From Sinorhizobium meliloti (GTDB taxonomy: Bacteria > Pseudomonadota > Alphaproteobacteria > Rhizobiales > Rhizobiaceae): 32,000 nt of DNA. The translations under genes and the position numbers were made by a program. Numbering within the stretch: the first letter of the stretch is position 1; every line of letters begins with the position of its first letter. Positions 26,205 to 32,000 of the stretch are shown in pieces. The notes below the pieces were generated by a model. That model saw nothing but the letters and a program-made list of their open reading frames with translations. It was not told the DNA's origin and did not search any database. The stretch spans positions 1 through 32,000 of the forward strand of contig NZ_JAGIOS010000003.1 in assembly GCF_017876815.1 (NCBI RefSeq), read 5' to 3'.

Positions 26205-26234
26205 GATCGCATAGTGTATCACCGGGAACACGGC
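26205..26234 (+). repeat. Copy B of the imperfect ~30-nt direct repeat (partner at 14601-14630)
   Basis: See copy A. This copy lies just 3' of the PIN gene (minus strand) and next to an HTH-like relic (..VSARPIADRFGIAE.., minus strand, ~26060-26120). Confidence 0.3.
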
Positions 26235-26280
26235 TATGGAGTTGCGGCGCTCCAGGGAGGGTAGGTGGCCTCCTTCGAAC

Positions 26281-26858
26281 CTAGAGCGAGAGAATGTGGG
26301 GCCTTAGGACGTCTACGGTTTCCGTAAGGCCGTTTGCCTCCATATCCAAAAGAAGGACATCGGCGGTTTTTCCGGCTTTCTGAAGCGCTCTCTCATGCGC
26401 CTAACCGCTGCCACCGCTCTACCGGTGTCCAAGGCAATTGTATCAGCAATAAAGGCATCGGCCGACCTCGCTTTAAGGTTCAACCGGCGGAGCAACTCCT
26501 CGGGGAAGTCTCTCAGATTATCGGTCACAATTACAGCGGCCTGCGTCTTCAGAGCAGCTGCGACTACATGCGCGTCGTTTTCGTCGGGGAGACCCTCGCA
26601 AGCGGAGAGAAACTGATCAAAATCAACGACCATCGCTTCCTCGAATGCAGCTTCCATGCTTGCTCCTGCGCGCGATGCACGTACGGTGGCGTCGGCGACG
26701 TCCTTATCGGCCAAGATCTTTCTCGATGGCCTTCTGGGTCTCATCAAGAATAGTTGCGGACCAGCGGAGTCGAAAGAATTCCGCTTCGCAAGGGTCAGCA
26801 GCAAGTTTCGCTTTAGTGCACTTGCGTCGACGAAGGCGGTGAATCGATTAGCGAACAA
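26281..26858 (-). pseudogene. PIN-domain toxin, reading frame disturbed at three short homopolymer runs
   Basis: It reads MFANRFTAFVDASAL..NLLLTLA.., DENDAHVVAAALKTQAAVIVTDNLRDFP and ADAFIADTIALDTGRAVAAV. Codons ~25-46 read sensibly (EAEFFRLRWSATILDETQKAIE) only in another frame, between ~26787 and the T3 run at 26719-21. The C-terminal tail (TADVLLLDMEANGLTETVDVLRPHILSL, stop at 26281) needs one extra base in the T5 run at 26367-26371. The track ORF ends early at 26313. It has a TTG start. Confidence 0.7.
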
Positions 26859-26860
26859 GC

Positions 26861-27319
26861 TTACAGATGCTCCGCGTCCAACTCGGCAAGATCTGCAAGG
26901 GCCTGACTCCGCTTCTCGTCGCGTTCCTTCTTGTATTTGAACAGATGATCGGCCTGAATCCTTCGATGTCGACCAACAAGCGAGTACTCGATCTCGCCCT
27001 TATCGAGGAGGGAAACCAGGAATGGCCGCGATACATTGAGAATATCCGCCGCTTGTTGCGTCGTCAGCATCTTGCTGACGGGAACGAGCGTCACCGCGTC
27101 ACCCTTGCCGATATGACGCAACAGCTCCATTAGGAGACTGGACAGCGCTGGGGTAAGGGTAATCTCCGTTGGCTGCTGCGTCTCATCGTCGAGCACGCGC
27201 AATTTCGCGTCGCCGGTAGCATGAGCCGCCAGTATCTTCCGCAGGTGGTTCGCGGCAGCTTTTTCGGAGGCTGACGGCAGGCGCCCGCCCAGTTCCTGGG
27301 CTGCTGCTGGAACTGTCAT
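26861..27319 (-). CDS. Excisionase-family (MerR-like) HTH DNA-binding protein, presumed antitoxin of the PIN gene
   Basis: MLTTQQAADILNVSRPFLVSLLDKGEIEYSLVGRHRRIQADHLFKYK is the excisionase-type HTH. Its stop lies 2 nt before the PIN start, the classic antitoxin-then-toxin order. Confidence 0.8.
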   Translation of the reverse strand: MTVPAAAQELGGRLPSASEKAAANHLRKILAAHATGDAKLRVLDDETQQPTEITLTPALSSLLMELLRHIGKGDAVTLVPVSKMLTTQQAADILNVSRPFLVSLLDKGEIEYSLVGRHRRIQADHLFKYKKERDEKRSQALADLAELDAEHL

Positions 27320-27636
27320 TTTGATAGCCCTCCATTTGGAACTCTTTTCTACCCTTTATTCGAAGCAGACGCAATTAACGAAATAAACGAAACTACCCGA
27401 AGCTCTCAGAGCCGACTCGACCCCGGCTTTGTTGAAATCCCTGGTCTGCAGTTCGATTCCGTTCAAGGCGAGAGATGGATAATCAGTCCGCGTACCGATT
27501 GGTAAACCTCGGGCGATTGCGCATCGTCATTTTTCTAGGCTCCTCGTCAATCGATCGACGGGAAAGTGTTGGGCGCTGTTGTGCCCTTTGTGAGATAGAG
27601 GTGAACAATGTCTGCAAATTTGCATCACGGTGTGCC

Positions 27637-28524
27637 CTAACGGCGGCCATAGCTCTCGAACGCCTCGACCAGATGATCGAAGAGTGCCGCGACGCGTGGC
27701 AGGCGACGAAGATTTTCGTGCGTGACGATCCATGTCGGCAGTTGCGGAAGTTCCACGTCCGGCAGAACGCGTTCCAGTTCGGGGTACCGCGCAGCCGCCG
27801 GAATCTGGGCGACAGCAATACCGAGGCCGGCGCGTGCGAGCGCGAGCTGTGCAGGATGGCTATCCGTCCGCGCGATCCAACTGACGGGGACGGAACCTGC
27901 GATCTGTGCGGCTACGGCGAGATCGCCGCGATTGCGGTCCGGCCCGATGAACAAATGGTCGCGGATCTCGGTCTTGGTGGCGGGGCGGCCGTAGACAGCA
28001 AGATAATCGCGATGAGCAAACAGGCCGAGCGGGATAAGCGGTACCTTCTTTGCCACCAGCGCGGACTGTTCAGGCGGATGCATCCGCACCGCGACATCGA
28101 CCTGTTGGTCGAGCAGGTCGGCGCGTGCATTGCTCAGTTCGAATTCGACGGTGAGTTGCGGATGCTTGTCGCGCAGGCTGCGAAGCATGGGCGGAAGAAC
28201 CTCGATTCCCACGAATTCTGAGACGCTAAGCCTTACCCGGCCCGCCGCTGTCGCTGAGTCCGCCGACGCGGCGCGTAGCATGGCCTCCGAGGCGTGTGCC
28301 ATTGCCCGGGCGGGCGTGGCCATTGCTTCGGCTGTCGGCGTGGGTACCAGTCCATGGACCGAGCGGGTGAACAGCGCCGTACCCAGCGCGGCTTCCAGCC
28401 CTTCGATGCGCGCGCGCACAGTGGGTTGAGACAGTCCCAGCCGTCGTGCGGCCGCCGACAGACTGCCGGTTTCCATCACCGCCAGAAAGGCCCGCTGATC
28501 GTCCCAGTCCACGTTCTTGCTCAT
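27637..28524 (-). CDS. LysR family transcriptional regulator
   Basis: The HTH is WDDQRAFLAVMETGSLSAAARRLGLSQPTVRARIEGLE, followed by a full effector domain. The start is ATG 28524. It is divergent from the epimerase-like pseudogene. Confidence 0.9.
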   Translation of the reverse strand: MSKNVDWDDQRAFLAVMETGSLSAAARRLGLSQPTVRARIEGLEAALGTALFTRSVHGLVPTPTAEAMATPARAMAHASEAMLRAASADSATAAGRVRLSVSEFVGIEVLPPMLRSLRDKHPQLTVEFELSNARADLLDQQVDVAVRMHPPEQSALVAKKVPLIPLGLFAHRDYLAVYGRPATKTEIRDHLFIGPDRNRGDLAVAAQIAGSVPVSWIARTDSHPAQLALARAGLGIAVAQIPAAARYPELERVLPDVELPQLPTWIVTHENLRRLPRVAALFDHLVEAFESYGRR

Positions 28525-28612
28525 AAATTTCTTATAGTCAGATGGAGGCTTATTGGCAATTTTCTTGTGATCCGATCTGACCGAAGCTCTCCTCATCGAA
28601 AGGAGATTACTC

Positions 28613-29677
28613 ATGGTTCAGACTGTTTCCACACATGTAGGCAACCGGGCGGCCAACCGGACCGCCCTCGTTCTTGGCGCTACGGGCGGCGTTGGCGGTG
28701 CCATCGCTGCCAGGCTCATGCGCGAGGGATGGCAGGTCCGTGCCCTGTGCCGGAACGCCGATGCGGCCAGGTCCGGCTGGCGACATGATTGACCGGCTCC
28801 GCAGTTCGTCACGGGTGACGCCATGGACGGGGCGTCCGTCGTTCGCGCGGCCACGCTGGGAGATGGCGTCGCGGCCATCGTCCATGCGGTCAACCCACCG
28901 GGTTATCGAAACTGGTCGTCGCTCGTGCTGCCGATGATCGACAATACGCTGGCGGCCGCTCGTGCGGCAGGCGCCCGTATCGTGCTGCCGGGCACGGTCT
29001 ATAATTACGATCCGGTGCAGACGCCTGTGATCGACGAAAACACCCCGCAGAATGCACGCACCACGAAGGGCAGGATCCGCGTCGCGCTTGAGCGGAAATT
29101 GGCGGAGGCGTCCCCGGAGGTTTCCTCCCTCATTTTACGGGCGGGCGACTTCTTCGGGCCGGGAACACGGGCAAGCTGGTTCGCGCAAGCGATGGTGCAA
29201 CCGGGACGGCCGGTGCGCAAGTTTACCAGCATGGCTTCGGGTGTACCCCATGCCTATGCCTATCTGCCTGATCTTGCTGCGGCCTTCGCCGGCCTTATGG
29301 CAATTCCCGAACGATTGCGCGCCTATGAAACGGTGCAGTTCGCCGGCCATTGGGATCCAACCGGTACGCAGATGCGCGATGCGGTCCGCCGGGCCGTGGC
29401 CCAGGATGTTCCGGAACGCGCCTTCCCGTGGTGGATGATGCGTCTTGCCGCGCCCTTTGGCGGGTTTCCGAAGGAAACGCTGGAGATCGAACCGGCGTGG
29501 AAACACCCCATGCGCCTCGACAATCAACGTCTCGTTGACCTGCTGGGCGTCGAACCGCATACGCCCCTCGACCAGGCCCATCGCCGCGGCGCTGACCGAT
29601 ATGGGCTGCCTTGCCCGATCGCAGAGCCATGCCCGCCTTCGCCATGCCTAACCTTGAAAGACGGAGATACAAGGTGA
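28613..29677 (+). pseudogene. NAD(P)-binding epimerase/dehydratase-like (atypical SDR) gene with an in-frame TGA and a probable 3' frameshift
   Basis: The SD AGGAGA precedes ATG 28613. The Rossmann motif is ALVLGATGGVGGAIAARLMREGWQVRAL. An in-frame TGA lies at 28790-28792 (..SGWRHD * PAPQFVTGDAMDG..), and the same frame then continues for 295 codons. Near the C3 run at 29577-29579 an alternative frame gives ..DQAIAAALTDMGCLA.. ending at 29651. Confidence 0.75.
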
Positions 29678-29774
29678 ACTGGAGGACCTATGTGATCGCA
29701 CGGACACCGGGCGTCGCGGCCTTCAACACGCCCTGCAATGCGGCCTAAACCGCCCCCTCTGGCGTGGCGAGGCG

Positions 29775-30170
29775 GTGCTGTCGTTCGACCGGATCGGCGC
29801 TGACTTTGCCATGACGCCGATCTGGATCGGCCTGCTCTCGGTGCTGCTGGGCACCCCGTTCATCAGGAAGGCACTGGCCGACGGGCGGATGATCGGCCGG
29901 CCGGGCTTCGGCCGCATCCGCTCGCAGCCATAATGCCACCCAATCTGGTCGTCCACTCCGTCCGCCATCGCCCCCTCTGCGCATGATCCTGGCTCTACCA
30001 CTAGCGCTTACTCTGCCCATGCTCGGCGACGGGCTGCTCACGCCAGTCACCGCAATCGGTAGCCAGTAGGTCATCACCATCGCCTTCAGCCTCGTCATCG
30101 TGCCGCTGGTCGCCCATGCCACGATTTTCCGATATTCCAGCTGCGCCCGACCTTGATAAACAAGCGAGCG
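29775..30170 (+). pseudogene. Possible relics of a membrane transporter (cation/proton-antiporter-like helices), heavily degraded
   Basis: Short hydrophobic reading-frame pieces are broken by stops: ..FAMTPIWIGLLSVLLGTPFIRK.., MILALPLALTLPMLGDGLLTPVTAIGSQ(TAG)VITIAFSLVIVPLVAHATIF. There is no intact ORF. The family assignment is a guess. Confidence 0.25.
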
Positions 30171-30226
30171 CTTAGCGGGACGGCGAGTTGATGGACGGCG
30201 GGATAAAGGACTGAGAACCAAGCCCT

Positions 30227-31099
30227 CTACGTGAACTTCATCGCTTTCAGGCTAGCCAGCAGATAATCCACAAGGTCCTGCACGGCGGGGTCCAGCTTTT
30301 TCGCGATGGTGATGAGCGCGAGTTCCGATGCGGGTTCCGGCATAAAGCCATCAGTCTCATGCAGCAGCCGATGTTCGGGCAGCACCGCATCGTTGGGCAG
30401 TAGGCTGATGCCAAGGCCGGAGGCGACAGCGGCCTGCACGCCCATGAGACCCTGACTGGAATAGGCGATACGCCAAGCTTTGCCGCTGCGTTCCACCGCC
30501 CGGATCACTCGCTCCCGATAGATGCAGCCTGAGGGGAAAACCGCAAGGGGAACCGGATCGTTGCCGACGGCGAGCAACGGGTCACCGATCCAGACCAGGC
30601 GTTCTTCCCATTTGGCGATGCAGGCGCCGTTCCCCGGCTCACGCTTTACAAGGGCGAGGTCGATTTCTCCTGCCTGCAAGAGCCGACGAAGCTCGAAACT
30701 CCAGCCGCTGATCGTATCGAGCCTCGTGCGCGGAGAAGCCCGTGCAAATCCAGAAAGCAGATCAATCATCCGTCGCCCAGCGAAGTCTTCGGGAACCCCA
30801 AGGCGAACAGTCTTCGGCGAGGGCATCGATCGACCGAGCGCTTCGTTTGCTTCGGCCGAAACCGACAATATCCGGCGGGCATAGCTCATCAGAAGTTCGC
30901 CCTCCTCGGTGGTGCGAACGCTCCCCGTTGCGCGGTCCCGGATAAGGAGAACATGGCCAAGGTTGGTTTCGAGCTTCTTGATCTGCTGGCTGATCGTCGA
31001 TTGCGTGCGATGAACCCGTTCCGCTGCGCGCGTAAACCCACCTGTCTCCACGACAGCGGTGAAGGCGCGCAAAAGATCGAGATCAAATCCGAAAGTCAT
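30227..31099 (-). CDS. LysR family transcriptional regulator
   Basis: It has FDLDLLRAFTAVVETGGFTRAAERVHRTQSTISQQIKKLE and a full effector domain. It is divergent from the HAD gene. The track ORF starts 10 codons earlier, at 31129. Confidence 0.9.
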   Translation of the reverse strand: MTFGFDLDLLRAFTAVVETGGFTRAAERVHRTQSTISQQIKKLETNLGHVLLIRDRATGSVRTTEEGELLMSYARRILSVSAEANEALGRSMPSPKTVRLGVPEDFAGRRMIDLLSGFARASPRTRLDTISGWSFELRRLLQAGEIDLALVKREPGNGACIAKWEERLVWIGDPLLAVGNDPVPLAVFPSGCIYRERVIRAVERSGKAWRIAYSSQGLMGVQAAVASGLGISLLPNDAVLPEHRLLHETDGFMPEPASELALITIAKKLDPAVQDLVDYLLASLKAMKFT

Positions 31100-31189
31100 T
31101 CGGTTTTTCAATGGAGAATATGCCAACATCCAATTTCCAAATAACGGCGCGTTATGTCAATCCTGCTGCCAGTTAAACAGGAGAGCGAC

Positions 31190-31894
31190 ATGATCCGTTC
31201 TGGACAGCGGCCGGAATGGCTGACTTTTGATTGCTACGGCACTCTCATTCAGTGGGACGAAGGCCTGCTGGCGGCGATGGAGAGGATTCTTGCGGGAAAG
31301 AACCGTTCCATCGAACGCGATGACTTTATTTCCGTATACGACCGATACGAGCATCGGTTGGAACGGGAGCGTCCGCACCGGTCGTTCAAGAATGTGAGCG
31401 CGACAGCCCTTGCGCTTGCGATGGGCGAATTCTCCCTCGATGTATCACCTGACGATGCAGACATCCTGACGTCGTCAATTAGCCGCATGCCGCCCTTTCC
31501 GGAGGTGGTCGCCACGCTTACCAGGCTGAAGGCGGCAGGGTTCAAGCTCGCCATTATCTCCAACACGGACGACGCGATCATCGCCGGAAACGTAGCTCAA
31601 CTTGGCGGTTCGGTCGATCGGGTCATCACGGCGGAGCAGGCCGGAGCTTACAAGCCGGCAAGGCAGATATTCCAGCATGCCTGGAGAGAGTTGGGTATCG
31701 AAAAGGAGCAACTGGTCCACATTTGCGCCAGTCCGCATCTCGATCTCGCCGCAGCAAGGGAGCTTGGCTTCCGAACGATCTGGGTCGACCGCGGAACCGG
31801 GCGGAAGCCGCTTGCCGATTACGTGCCGAATGAAACGGTTGCCCGGCTTGACGAAGTTTGCGGCTTGCTGTCCGCCGCGGGCTGGATGGAATAG
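31190..31894 (+). CDS. HAD-superfamily hydrolase, haloacid dehalogenase type II-like
   Basis: It has the FDCYGTL nucleophile motif (DxYGT), ISNTD, and AYKP..F.. with VDRG near the C-terminus. The SD CAGGAGAG precedes ATG 31190. Confidence 0.88.
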   Translation: MIRSGQRPEWLTFDCYGTLIQWDEGLLAAMERILAGKNRSIERDDFISVYDRYEHRLERERPHRSFKNVSATALALAMGEFSLDVSPDDADILTSSISRMPPFPEVVATLTRLKAAGFKLAIISNTDDAIIAGNVAQLGGSVDRVITAEQAGAYKPARQIFQHAWRELGIEKEQLVHICASPHLDLAAARELGFRTIWVDRGTGRKPLADYVPNETVARLDEVCGLLSAAGWME

Positions 31895-31920
31895 GCGATT
31901 GTTCTTACGGAGATATATTC

Positions 31921-32000
31921 ATGGCGCATGAACTTAAACGCGGACTGGCTGCACCGGCGATCTTGCGAAACGTCGATCTCGGCGGGGAAGAGATCTGGCA
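31921..32000 (+). CDS. 5' end of an unidentified CDS running off the window
   Basis: ATG 31921 is preceded by GGAGA (31909-31913). It reads MAHELKRGLAAPAILRNVDLGGEEIW.., which is too short to classify. Confidence 0.3.
   Translation, partial: MAHELKRGLAAPAILRNVDLGGEEIW

Noticed and set aside
27451-27460. GTTCGATTCC as evidence of a tRNA gene.
   Set aside because: I could not build complementary T-stem, anticodon arm or acceptor stem from the flanks. At most it is a decayed fragment (kept as a low-interest finding), not a tRNA gene.
28790-28792. The in-frame TGA in the epimerase-like gene as selenocysteine or programmed readthrough. The same question applies to TAG 13684 in the LysR gene.
   Set aside because: I saw no SECIS-like hairpin immediately downstream, and the position is not a catalytic Cys/Sec site. 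The LysR gene additionally has a frameshift. A nonsense mutation is the simpler reading.

Overview
This is GC-rich alphaproteobacterial accessory DNA that looks Rhizobiaceae-like. From memory only, the two SGNH hydrolases resemble the MsAcT-type esterases of Sinorhizobium/Ensifer megaplasmids; I cannot verify this here. The window is a patchwork of small regulator-plus-enzyme modules: TetR x2, LysR x3 intact plus 1 dead, Rrf2, an OhrR-like MarR, and ROK. It also holds a Rieske oxygenase with its FNR/2Fe-2S reductase, a GMC oxidoreductase, an epoxide-hydrolase-like enzyme, and a sugar-type ABC operon (SBP, double ATPase, two permeases) bracketed by two paralogous cytoplasmic SGNH hydrolases. 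An HTH/PIN toxin-antitoxin pair is present. There is also a lone, intact two-HKD phospholipase-D-superfamily gene (14847-16526) in a lower-GC pocket with gene-less, relic-bearing flanks. That gene is my best candidate for something functionally undescribed. The second striking property is gene decay: at least 11 loci are truncated, frameshifted or carry in-frame stops. Some disruptions sit in homopolymer runs and could be sequencing errors. Others (a TAG, a TGA, and truncated fragments) cannot be. I recognised no rRNA or tRNA gene, CRISPR array, transposase, integrase or phage structural gene. Coordinates follow the ORF track convention, with the stop codon included.
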